Shown here: in pieces, positions 20,914 to 29,550 of the stretch
Layout: each line of letters starts with the position of its first letter
Numbering within the stretch: position 1 is the first letter of the stretch
The notes under the pieces: model-generated
Told to the model about the DNA's origin: nothing
What the model saw: the letters and a program-made list of their open reading frames with translations, nothing else
Databases searched by the model: none
Program-made: the position numbers and the translations under genes
DNA from: an uncultured Candidatus Entotheonella sp.
Lineage (GTDB): Bacteria > Tectomicrobia > Entotheonellia > Entotheonellales > Entotheonellaceae
Assembly: GCA_965217185.1 (NCBI GenBank)
Contig: OZ244252.1
Coordinates: 352,001-416,000, forward strand
Reading direction: 5' to 3'
Length of the DNA: 64,000 bases

Positions 20914-22503
20914 ATGACGTTCGATCTGTTAATCAAACACGGCACGGTGGTCGACGGCACCGGTCGGCCGGGGGTGCCCGCCGATGTCGGCATCAGCGGC
21001 GGTCGGATCACCGCCGTGGCCCCCGCATTGGAAGGGGACGCGGCGTGCGACATCGACGCCGGCGGCCGTATCGTAGCGCCGGGGTTCATCGACGCGCATA
21101 CCCATTCGGACTTCACGCTGCTGAGTGCGCCGGGCGCAGACAGCAAGGTGCGCCAGGGCATTACTACCGAAGTCGTCGGCAACTGCGGCTTCTCGCCGGC
21201 GCCGGTCGCGCCGCAGACGCTCGATCTACTGAAGGAATACGTCGGCTTTCTGAACGCCGATCTGCCCTGGAATTGGCAGCGGCTGGGCGAGTATTACCAA
21301 TGCGTCAGCGATCAGGGCTGCGCTATGAACATGGTGCCGCTGGTTGGCCACGGCGCCGTTCGCATCGCCGTCATGGGATTTGCGGACCGGGGGCCCAGCG
21401 CCGATGAACTGGTGCGCATGCAGCGCCTCGTGGGCGAGGCCATGGAGGACGGCGCCTTCGGTCTGTCCTCGGGCCTGATCTACACCCCCGGATGCTATGG
21501 CGACACGGCCGAGCTCATCACCCTGGCGCAGGTGGTGCGGCAGGCCGGCGGCGTCTACGCCACGCACATGCGGGGCGAGGGCGGCACGCTTGAGGAGGCG
21601 ATCTCCGAGGCGCTGAGCATCGGTGAAGAGGCCGGCATTCCCGTGCAGATATCCCACCTGAAGGCGTCCGGGCGCGAGAACTGGGGCAAGATGGAACGGG
21701 CGCTGCAGATGATCGAGGCGGCACGGGAACGCGGCATCGCGGTGACTGCGGACATTTATCCCTACATCGCGGGCAGCACGACGATGACCAGCCTGTTCCC
21801 GGCCTGGACGCTGGAGGGCGGCATGGAGCGCTTCCTGGCCCGCATCGCCGACCGGGACACGCGGCGGCGCATCATTGATGAGGTGCAGGGGGATGGTGCG
21901 GGCTGGTCGCGGGCCACGGGTTCACTGGGCTGGGACGACATTCTGGTGGCGTCCTGCGGGCAGCAGAAGCAATTCGAGGGCTGCACGGTGGCACAGATTG
22001 CCGACGCCATGGGGAAGGAGCCGCCCGAGGCGATGATGGATTTCCTGCTGGCCGAACAGGGCAGGGTGGCGGTCGTGCTGTTCATGATGTCCGAGGAAAA
22101 TGTCGCTCTCGGCATCGCGCACCCGTTGCTGATGATCGGCTCCGACTCCCTGGCGCTGGCCACGGGGCAGGGCGGCAAGCCGCATCCGAGAACTTACGGT
22201 ACGTTCCCGCGCGTGCTGGGGAAGTACGTGCGCGACGAATGCATCCTCAGCCTCGAAGAGGGCGTGCGCAAGATGACCTCGATGGCGGCGGACACGTTCG
22301 GCCTCAGCGACCGCGGCGTACTCGCCGAGGGCAAGGCGGCGGACATCACGATTTTCGATGCGGCGACCGTCGCCGACCAGGCCACTTTCGACGAGCCGCA
22401 CCAGTATTCCACCGGCATTGATTACGTGATCGTCAACGGCCAGGTTGTCGTCGAACACGGCGTGCAAAACCCGGTTTTGCCCGGTCAGGTGTTGCGGAAG
22501 TAG
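20914..22503 (+). CDS. N-acyl-D-amino-acid deacylase (D-aminoacylase)
   Basis: PGFIDAHTHSD, GNCG, THMR, ISHLK, GSD, HPRTYGTFPR. Confidence 0.92.
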   Translation: MTFDLLIKHGTVVDGTGRPGVPADVGISGGRITAVAPALEGDAACDIDAGGRIVAPGFIDAHTHSDFTLLSAPGADSKVRQGITTEVVGNCGFSPAPVAPQTLDLLKEYVGFLNADLPWNWQRLGEYYQCVSDQGCAMNMVPLVGHGAVRIAVMGFADRGPSADELVRMQRLVGEAMEDGAFGLSSGLIYTPGCYGDTAELITLAQVVRQAGGVYATHMRGEGGTLEEAISEALSIGEEAGIPVQISHLKASGRENWGKMERALQMIEAARERGIAVTADIYPYIAGSTTMTSLFPAWTLEGGMERFLARIADRDTRRRIIDEVQGDGAGWSRATGSLGWDDILVASCGQQKQFEGCTVAQIADAMGKEPPEAMMDFLLAEQGRVAVVLFMMSEENVALGIAHPLLMIGSDSLALATGQGGKPHPRTYGTFPRVLGKYVRDECILSLEEGVRKMTSMAADTFGLSDRGVLAEGKAADITIFDAATVADQATFDEPHQYSTGIDYVIVNGQVVVEHGVQNPVLPGQVLRK

Positions 22504-22514
22504 CGGGGGAAGGG

Positions 22515-23684
22515 ATGTCTCAATCCACGTTAATTGATCCTCTGGCGGCGGCGATTGACCTGCTGCCCCAGGTGCGAGCGGTGCGCGACGAGTTGGAGGA
22601 ACTCCGCCACATGCCGAGCGCTCTGGCGCGGGCGATCGGCGATGCCGGGCTGTTCCAGCTATACCTCCCCCGCGTCATCGGTGGTGCGGAAACCCCGCCG
22701 CTGAAGACGTTCCGGGTGATTGAAGAGATCTCCAAAGTCGATGGCTCCGTGGGTTGGTGCGTCATGATCGCCAATAGTGTCTCGCTTTTCACCGGCTGGC
22801 TGGCGCCGGACGTCGGGCGTGACATGTTCGGGCAGCCGCCCGTGGTGCGCATGTCCGGCTCGGTTCGGCCTGAAGGCAAGGCGCGGGCAGTGGACGGGGG
22901 CTATCGCGTGACGGGGCAATGGAATTTCGCCAGCGGGGTGCATCACGCCAACTGGCTGTTCTGCACGTGCACCGTCATGGACGGCGACACGCCGCGTCGG
23001 TCTGCCAACGGGACGCCCGTGATCCGCTCGATGTACATCCCGGCAGAAACGGCCACGATCAAGGATACCTGGTCGGTGGTCGGCATGTGCGGCACCGGAA
23101 GCCACGATTTCGTGATCGACGACGTCTTCGTCCCGGAGGCGCACGCCTTTTCGCTCTATGAACAGCCCAAAGTTGTCGCGCCCCTGTATAACCCGCGCTT
23201 GGTTATGGTCGCTGCCTGGACGAACACCGCGGCCAACGCCTTGGGGATCGCTCGTGGTGCCATGGACACCTTCGTCGAACTGGCAAGTCATACTGGCTCG
23301 ACGAATTCGACCACCTTGTTGCGTGACCGGCCTCTGGTGCAGTCGCGCATCGCCGAAGCGGAGGCCATCCTGGGCGCGGCGCGGGCCTACGTGCTCGAAT
23401 CGGTGGGGGCGGCGTGGGATGCGGTGTGTGAACAGGCACCCGATCCGGGCCCGGAGATCGCCCGGGCACGGCTCGCCATCACGCACGCCATGCACGAAGC
23501 GGTGCGGGCCGTGGACCTGGTGTTCCACACCGCCGGGACCAATGCCGTGTATCGCAAACACCCGCTGGAGCGTTATTTCCGGGATATCCACGTTGCCGTG
23601 CAGCATGCCGCCGGGCTGGCGTCGCACGTCGAATCGGCGGGGAAGGCGCTGTTGGGGTTGCGCCCGATGGACCTGGGGTGGTGA
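22515..23684 (+). CDS. Acyl-CoA dehydrogenase-like flavin-dependent monooxygenase (HsaA/IacA-like)
   Basis: GQWNFASG, WSVVGMCGTGSHD, LERYFRDIH. Confidence 0.85.
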   Translation: MSQSTLIDPLAAAIDLLPQVRAVRDELEELRHMPSALARAIGDAGLFQLYLPRVIGGAETPPLKTFRVIEEISKVDGSVGWCVMIANSVSLFTGWLAPDVGRDMFGQPPVVRMSGSVRPEGKARAVDGGYRVTGQWNFASGVHHANWLFCTCTVMDGDTPRRSANGTPVIRSMYIPAETATIKDTWSVVGMCGTGSHDFVIDDVFVPEAHAFSLYEQPKVVAPLYNPRLVMVAAWTNTAANALGIARGAMDTFVELASHTGSTNSTTLLRDRPLVQSRIAEAEAILGAARAYVLESVGAAWDAVCEQAPDPGPEIARARLAITHAMHEAVRAVDLVFHTAGTNAVYRKHPLERYFRDIHVAVQHAAGLASHVESAGKALLGLRPMDLGW

Positions 23685-23695
23685 TTGGTGTGGGC

Positions 23696-23766
23696 GTCAC
23701 TCCGGCGAAAGAACGTCACCCCGGAGGGGAATAAGGTCGCTGGATTCCGGCGCACGCCGGAATGAC
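23696..23766. repeat. REP-like palindrome of the (C)GTCAT/TCCGGC type
   Basis: tggattccggcgcacgccggaatgac (23741-23766) plus a degenerate cgtcactccggcg copy, between convergent genes. Confidence 0.55.
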
Positions 23767-23839
23767 CATTTGAAGGCGGGGGGAGATTGCCAAGGGCAAA
23801 GTGAGACCCTTGGCAATCAAATTCGCAGGCTCAGTTGCT

Positions 23840-24355
23840 CTATTCAAACATCTTCTTGATGTTATCCAAGCCCATCTGATAAATGCCGCGCAGGGTTTCG
23901 GCCATCTCGGCGCCACCGTCTTCATAGGTGTCGCCGTCGATCTGGCCTATCCACTCGACGACGGAAGTCCCGGGGTCCGTGGCGGGGTACACCCTGACCG
24001 TGGAACGGTAGCGGGCGTCGGTCAGGAAGCCCTTGCTCATAATGTAGGTGTAGTGGCTCGGGCCTTGATCGGCCATGGGCTCGTCCAGCTTCATGCCGTC
24101 TTCGAACGTGAGGTAACGGACCGAGCCAACCCCCTTGCTACTGGTCATCACGCAATCGACGACAATGGGAAGGAACTTTGTCAAGTCGCAAAAGCCGCCG
24201 ATCTCTCCCCAAACGGCTTCAGTGGGGGCATTTACCTGGATCCACGTGTAAACGTTGAGGTTCTTCGCATAGGCCGTGCCGGCGCCTAACATCAGGGTGA
24301 CGGCCGCTACGCCGATCAGGCGGCGCATCGTCCGCTGCAGGTACGTCTGATTCAT
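23840..24355 (-). CDS. SRPBCC (polyketide cyclase/dehydrase) family protein with signal peptide
   Basis: APTEAVWGEIGGF, GVGSVRYLT, C-terminal helix IYQMGLDNIK. Confidence 0.75.
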   Translation of the reverse strand: MNQTYLQRTMRRLIGVAAVTLMLGAGTAYAKNLNVYTWIQVNAPTEAVWGEIGGFCDLTKFLPIVVDCVMTSSKGVGSVRYLTFEDGMKLDEPMADQGPSHYTYIMSKGFLTDARYRSTVRVYPATDPGTSVVEWIGQIDGDTYEDGGAEMAETLRGIYQMGLDNIKKMFE

Positions 24356-24559
24356 TTCCAGCTTTCCTCCTCGCTTCCCTCCGATTGATTTCGCCTATTC
24401 TGACTTTCCGTGAAACAGGCGGCTACTGAGCGAGCGGCAGAATAGCCGTTGCTATCCCATGGGTCAATACCCCGGTTGCGTCGCGGGAAGAGTTGGCATA
24501 AGGTGAGGCCCGCTGTAGGGACATCGTGTCAGGACAGGCATCAGTAAGGAGAACCAGCC

Positions 24560-24991
24560 ATGGCGAAGATCAAGCACATTGCCCTTTCGACGCAGAACCC
24601 GGACGAAACGGCCAAGTTTTACACCGAGGTGTTCGGCCTGGAAGAAATCGCCAAGCTCGACGGGCCGGGCGCTTCCGGTTACTACCTCAGCGACGGCGAC
24701 ATCAACATCGCAATTCTCAAGTTCAAGAACGATGCCGTTGCCGGAACGGAGCGCGGCAAGGAATGGAGCGGCCTGCACCACATCGGGTTTCAGGTGGAAA
24801 ACCTGGACGACATCGCGGCCAAGCTGACCGCAGCCGACGCGGCGCCGCGCGATGACATCAACCAGGCGCTCGGGGTGGGCATGGGGCGCCTGCATCATGC
24901 CAACGTCGAGGTCAAATACAGCGGACCGGACGGCGTCATTGTCGACGTGTCGGAAACCGGTTGGGTGGGTACGTCGCCGCTGCAGAGCTGA
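24560..24991 (+). CDS. VOC/glyoxalase family protein
   Basis: IKHIAL, FYTEVFGL, GLHHIGFQV, GPDGVIVDVS. Confidence 0.88.
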   Translation: MAKIKHIALSTQNPDETAKFYTEVFGLEEIAKLDGPGASGYYLSDGDINIAILKFKNDAVAGTERGKEWSGLHHIGFQVENLDDIAAKLTAADAAPRDDINQALGVGMGRLHHANVEVKYSGPDGVIVDVSETGWVGTSPLQS

Positions 24992-24996
24992 TCCCC

Positions 24997-25614
24997 TTAA
25001 GACTGTCCGCGCAGCAATCCTTCCAGAGCTTCCAGGCACGGCGCCGTGTCCTCAAACACGATGCCGTGCATGCCTAGCGCCCGCGCGGCTGCGATGTTCG
25101 CCGAGAGGTCGTCGATAAACACGCAGGCGGACGCCGGCAGGGCCAGCATCCCGAGGATGGCTTCATACGCCGCGGCGTCCGGTTTCATCACGCCAATCTC
25201 GGCGGAAATGGCGACGTGGTCGAAACGCCGCACCAGGTCCTGCGCCTCAAGCATACCGCGCAGGTCGGTGCTGAAATTGCTCAACAGCCCTAACGCCATG
25301 TCCTGTTGCCGCAGGCGATCGATGCGGGCCAGCAGTTGTTGATTGAGAACGTCCCCGGCGTAAAACGCCGCCCGCAGCCCGCGCAATTGCGATTTGCTCA
25401 GCCCCAACGCCTCTCCCACCGCCTGCCAGTGCGCGTCTGATTGGATACTGCCGTTTTGCGCCGCCACCCACAACCGCTTGTCGTGCACAGTCGCCGTCAA
25501 GGTGCCCGGCGTCAGGCCGAGGTCGCGTTCCCAGGCCGCCCGCGGCTCCGGGTCGACAGTCCGGGCCAAGACGCCGCCGTAGTCGAAGATCACGGCCTCG
25601 ATGCCGCCTCGCAT
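24997..25614 (-). CDS. HAD family phosphatase
   Basis: FDYGGVL, LSN, KPD, FIDD motifs. Confidence 0.9.
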   Translation of the reverse strand: MRGGIEAVIFDYGGVLARTVDPEPRAAWERDLGLTPGTLTATVHDKRLWVAAQNGSIQSDAHWQAVGEALGLSKSQLRGLRAAFYAGDVLNQQLLARIDRLRQQDMALGLLSNFSTDLRGMLEAQDLVRRFDHVAISAEIGVMKPDAAAYEAILGMLALPASACVFIDDLSANIAAARALGMHGIVFEDTAPCLEALEGLLRGQS

Positions 25615-25634
25615 GTTGGATTCCTCATCAAACT

Positions 25635-25670
25635 GTAGGTCGGATTAGCGAAGCGTAATCCGACATTCCA
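25635..25670 (+). repeat. GTAG-type REP element, copy 1
   Basis: gtaggtcggattagcgaagcgtaatccgacattcca: GTAG followed by a hairpin; related copies at 53336 and 61744. Confidence 0.8.
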
Positions 25671-25747
25671 CCGCCGCCCCGTAGGCTTCTGCTGTCGGCT
25701 TACGCGGCGACACAGCGGATTCGATAACCCGCGACAAGGCTAAACAG

Positions 25748-26320
25748 GTGCAGATGTCAATGCCGCATGGCCTGCTGAAGAACCATGGGACATCCCGGAG
25801 CACAAGGCGCCACTGGTTCGGCGTTGCGCTTTTGTGGTTGCTCACGCTTCCGGGTTGTACGTCCGAGCAATTGGGAACGTTCTCCGAGGTCATGCGGGCC
25901 GTGGCCGAAAACCCCAAGCTTGTGAACTCGGATGCCTATCCGACAATACCTCAATCGACATTCCAGCCAAATCCCTCGCCGTGGTGCATACAGGTTGCCA
26001 GGATTCCTTCCGTTGGCGCCTTTTTTCAGGCCAGGCTGCAAAACACCTGCAACGAGACGATGCACGTCGCGTACGGATACAGTACGAAATTGGCTGGGAT
26101 AACTCTTCAGATACCGTGGTGTACACCCGGGCGTGCGGGGCTCAGGTCGGGAACAACGACGCTTTCCCCCTGGGAAAGTGAAGGTATCGCACCTTTAACC
26201 TATGGACATCTCGATCAGGTATTCTGGTGTGCATGCAGCGATACGAACGCTCGGGCAGCGTTTGCCGAACCGATAGGTATGGGCGTCCACAATTGCAGGT
26301 GTCGATGCGCTTCTCGCTGA
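25748..26320 (+). CDS. Hypothetical cysteine-rich lipoprotein
   Basis: Hydrophobic stretch ending LLTLPGC (lipobox-like), followed by eight further Cys including WCACS and CRCRC; start uncertain. Confidence 0.5.
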   Translation: MQMSMPHGLLKNHGTSRSTRRHWFGVALLWLLTLPGCTSEQLGTFSEVMRAVAENPKLVNSDAYPTIPQSTFQPNPSPWCIQVARIPSVGAFFQARLQNTCNETMHVAYGYSTKLAGITLQIPWCTPGRAGLRSGTTTLSPWESEGIAPLTYGHLDQVFWCACSDTNARAAFAEPIGMGVHNCRCRCASR

Positions 26321-26426
26321 ACTAAAGCCTTGACGGGTTCGGGCGGCGGACTGGTACGTGCCACCTCGCGGTGCGGCTGATGGGTGAGCCTTCTGTCGAA
26401 AAACCGTCTGCGTTTCCAATCGGCCA

Positions 26427-26455
26427 ACTTCGGATAACCCCATGTTATGTTAACT
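26427..26455 (+). other. dif-like XerC/XerD recombination site 1
   Basis: ACTTCGGATAA-ccccatg-TTATGTTAACT; right arm matches the E. coli XerD arm TTATGTTAAAT at 10/11; 7-bp spacer. Confidence 0.75.
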
Positions 26456-27308
26456 TAGGCGTACGCTGTTGCGGGCGTAGTGCTTTGATCCGAAATTTGT
26501 CTGTTATGGACGGGTTCATCCACTGATGTAGTGGTTGCTCTGAATGACAAAGAATGCAAAGAACTTCAATGTTCGATGGGCGATTATCCGAAACAACCCC
26601 ATTCTTGTGATGTCCATGCAGTAGGGACCGATGATCTGAAAGGTTCACGCCGCATTTGTCGCAATGCCAGTTGCGTTGTTGCTTCTCCTTGGTAGCTATC
26701 TGATGCCAATACGTTGCGTAACCTCCTTTCGGAGCCGTCTTGTCCGAGTATTGCGGCTTAGAGGCAAAAAAGGTTGCGTATTCGGCGAAGAAGTCTTGCA
26801 GAGAGAAGTTTTCCCAGATATCTCGTGACTGTTCGAGATTTATCCAACCTTTCCATTCAAGCTTCTTTAGACAATTCATGCACACAGCAAGAGGGGCCTC
26901 AATTTCTTCGATCGATCTAGTTCTTTGATCGGTTGCTTCGACCAGGAATTTGCCGTCTTTTCTTGTTGTCACCACGTAGCGCTCGAATCGCCCCTTTCTC
27001 CGCATGTCGTCAAGAGTCTGGCATTCAAATACATGGAATCGTCTGGAATTCTCAATATCATGGAGGAGCGTGAACTGATCTTGCCGTGTATCCCTTATGT
27101 AAAGGACTACCTGCTCCCCTTTGTAGGAAAGAAGCCCGCCGAAGCTCGTCTCAACATCTTCAAGAGGAGTCTCTTTTCCTTCTTCGAGTTCCGCGATGAG
27201 CTTTTGACGCTCATTTAACGTAGAGTTGGACAGCCGCCACAAAGATTCTCGTGCCCCCATACGAGTTCTCAGGGTCTGAAATTCGGGGAACTCCAGATCA
27301 AGCTTCAT
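26445..27308 (-). CDS. zorE: Zorya type II HNH endonuclease effector
   Basis: C-terminal CDKC...HGHHKNG...DNRPSNIEVLCILCH HNH domain; overlaps the zorB stop by 4 bp. Confidence 0.8.
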   Translation of the reverse strand: MKLDLEFPEFQTLRTRMGARESLWRLSNSTLNERQKLIAELEEGKETPLEDVETSFGGLLSYKGEQVVLYIRDTRQDQFTLLHDIENSRRFHVFECQTLDDMRRKGRFERYVVTTRKDGKFLVEATDQRTRSIEEIEAPLAVCMNCLKKLEWKGWINLEQSRDIWENFSLQDFFAEYATFFASKPQYSDKTAPKGGYATYWHQIATKEKQQRNWHCDKCGVNLSDHRSLLHGHHKNGVVSDNRPSNIEVLCILCHSEQPLHQWMNPSITDKFRIKALRPQQRTPKLT

Positions 27309-28012
27309 TCAATGGTCTCCAGGACTCGTATAATCTGTTCCTTGCTGTTTGTGCGAACTTTGAACTCGACCCGTCGTGACTGGACTTTGTCCTCTTGTGA
27401 ACTGCGGTAAACCAACTGACTGGATGACAAGCCATTGGCCGTAAGGTGCGCCTGTGCCCACTCTTTGAAAGGGGCGACTAATGGCAATCCAAGAGCGTAT
27501 TCAAGCACTGAGCGCGTTCGGGCTTGAGAAAGCGCCATGTTTCTAAAATACGCTTCATCATCATCGGTAGCTCCCTCCCATTCGGATGATGTGTGGCCCT
27601 CGATCCGAACTTCTGCAATCGCATCTTGGAACTCATGCAGCACCTTAAGATAGCGGGGGAAGAAGTCATCCAAGATCGACCTGAACTCGGGTTGCAAGTT
27701 TGCTGTTCCAGCGTCGAATAAGACATCAGGCGCCCGGAAACGAATCGAAAGAGTTTCCCTGTCGAGTTCGGCATGCCATCTGGGTAAGTCTTCCTTAAAC
27801 TCCCGCTGGAGTTCCTTGTAGATTTCCACTTCTGAATCTTTCCAGGCCACAACGATGTCGCGAATTCTGTTCTGAGTTTCGACAACGGGCCGGATATAAG
27901 TGATTGCTATGAAGAGAAAGATCACCATCAAACCAGCCATAAGATCGGAAACCGAGATCCAGTGCTCATCGTCAGACCGAGAACCGCGCCTGAGGATCTG
28001 CTCTAAAGCCAT
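27305..28012 (-). CDS. zorB: Zorya ZorB (MotB/OmpA-like)
   Basis: WISVSDLMAGLMVIFLFI TM helix with the conserved Asp; OmpA-like IEGHTS, LSQAR, SRRVEF. Confidence 0.9.
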   Translation of the reverse strand: MALEQILRRGSRSDDEHWISVSDLMAGLMVIFLFIAITYIRPVVETQNRIRDIVVAWKDSEVEIYKELQREFKEDLPRWHAELDRETLSIRFRAPDVLFDAGTANLQPEFRSILDDFFPRYLKVLHEFQDAIAEVRIEGHTSSEWEGATDDDEAYFRNMALSQARTRSVLEYALGLPLVAPFKEWAQAHLTANGLSSSQLVYRSSQEDKVQSRRVEFKVRTNSKEQIIRVLETIE

Positions 28013-29448
28013 TAGATGCGACCTCTCATTTGGACAATCTCACGCAATTGTTCCGTGAGAGGGCCGTAGTCCTCCACGAATTTTTCAGACAGCGAGGCTA
28101 AATGTATTCCCAAAATCTCAATGCTACGTCGAAGTTCCTGTTGCATTTGCTGATCGAAGTTTTCAAACCTCTTTTCGATTTCTTCCGATGTTTGTTTCCA
28201 TGCCCCGTCAATCTGATTTCGCATTTCGCTCGCCGCGACTTCGATAGTCCGAGCATGTTGTTCCATGGCCGTATTGAGCGAGGTCTGCATGGATTGAAGC
28301 GTACCATTAACAGCATGTTCAAAGCGGTTTTGAGCCTCACGGGAACTGTTCAGTAGATCGTCACAACCTCGGCGAAGTTGTTCATTTGCATCTCGCTGTC
28401 TCTGAAGTGCGTCGGACGATTGTGTGATGATCTCCCGAACGGATTCGCTGAAGTCGTCCGTGAGCTGTTTCAAGTTCTGCTCGATTATGGGGAACGCCTG
28501 AAGAGCTTGTTCCTTTAATCCTGAAACCGCACTCAGATGGCCGTTCAGTTCAATCGTTGCGGCGCCGATTCCCTGAACGATTTTCTCCAGCCTCTCAAGA
28601 GCTGGTGGAATTGTTTTCGTGTGGGCAACGATTTTCCGAACAGCCTCTTCGGAGGCTTCGATTCCTTGCACAGCCGTGTTGAATCTTGCCTCTAATGTTT
28701 CGATGTGGTGACGATAGTTCTCTTGCCATGTCAGCAATGCGCCCACAGCTTGATTCAGTTGTTTGAAGTTCTCCCCGAACTGTTCGGTAAGTTGTGTGTT
28801 GAAGTCCCGAATGACCTTTTCGAGGGCCTCAATGAGGGCCTTCGAGTTGTTATCCGCCATCGTTTGGGCAAACTGGCGAAACTCTCTTATCAACTCATTT
28901 TGACCATCCTTGAAGTCGGTCCGAAGTTTTTGGACCTGGGTAAGAAGGCTGCTGTCGCTCTCAGCAGATACCGCTTTTCGCAGCTTATCAAGGGCTTCTT
29001 GTTCTTGTTCCGACGCCTCCTCGATTCCTTTTTTGATGGCTTCAAGCGTCCCATGAATGATCTCGGGCGTTATCTCGGTCTCTCCTGTGACTGACTGAGG
29101 TACAACCGCCTGAATGAACCTTAAAACGATCATAGAAGCCATGCCGAAAATGCTGGTCACAAATGCGATTTTCAATCCGCTAAGAAGTTGTGGCACGCTG
29201 TCATCAATGTTGGTGACATCGAAATCCAGCAAGCCAAAGAAAATTCCTGTAAAGGTTCCGAGGACGCCAAGCGTTGTCAGAAGAGTAGGAGCAGTTCTGT
29301 CGAATCCGCTGAGCCACTGCGCTCGGGTAAGGACCCCAAGGAATCGGACAACTACCGCGAGGGCGAATACGGCACAGATGACCCCCACGAAGAAGCGAGT
29401 AATTTCATTTGAAAAGGCAGAGTCTATAATTCTGACGAGTTGATCCAC
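28012..29448 (-). CDS. zorA: Zorya ZorA (MotA-like TM domain plus helical tail)
   Basis: APTLLTTLGVLGTFTGI, LLSGLKIAFVTSIFG, FNTQLTEQFGENFKQLN and a long coiled-coil tail. GTG start at 29448 (GGGAG RBS); the track gives TTG 29466. Confidence 0.9.
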   Translation of the reverse strand: MDQLVRIIDSAFSNEITRFFVGVICAVFALAVVVRFLGVLTRAQWLSGFDRTAPTLLTTLGVLGTFTGIFFGLLDFDVTNIDDSVPQLLSGLKIAFVTSIFGMASMIVLRFIQAVVPQSVTGETEITPEIIHGTLEAIKKGIEEASEQEQEALDKLRKAVSAESDSSLLTQVQKLRTDFKDGQNELIREFRQFAQTMADNNSKALIEALEKVIRDFNTQLTEQFGENFKQLNQAVGALLTWQENYRHHIETLEARFNTAVQGIEASEEAVRKIVAHTKTIPPALERLEKIVQGIGAATIELNGHLSAVSGLKEQALQAFPIIEQNLKQLTDDFSESVREIITQSSDALQRQRDANEQLRRGCDDLLNSSREAQNRFEHAVNGTLQSMQTSLNTAMEQHARTIEVAASEMRNQIDGAWKQTSEEIEKRFENFDQQMQQELRRSIEILGIHLASLSEKFVEDYGPLTEQLREIVQMRGRI

Positions 29449-29522
29449 TTGTCTGATCTCCCACAATGAGCAAAGTTTTCTGGGGTCGTCTGCGGTAGGG
29501 GGCGAAAGGAATTCCGTGGTCT

Positions 29523-29550
29523 AGTTCGCATAAGGGGACTTATGTCGCCT
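29523..29550 (+). other. dif-like XerC/XerD recombination site 2
   Basis: AGTTCGCATAA-ggggac-TTATGTCGCCT; left arm matches the E. coli XerC arm GGTGCGCATAA at 9/11; canonical 6-bp spacer; outer part of the right arm is degenerate. Confidence 0.65.

Noticed and set aside
25708..25745. Possible fourth dif-like site (ggattcgataa...) and similar half-sites at about 49190 and 60642
   Set aside because: Only a XerC-like half is present; there is no TTATGT-like arm at 6-8 bp spacing.
27305..29448. Flagellar MotA/MotB or ExbB/ExbD pair
   Set aside because: The long helical tail on the A subunit, the coupled HNH nuclease and the absence of flagellar genes fit Zorya instead.
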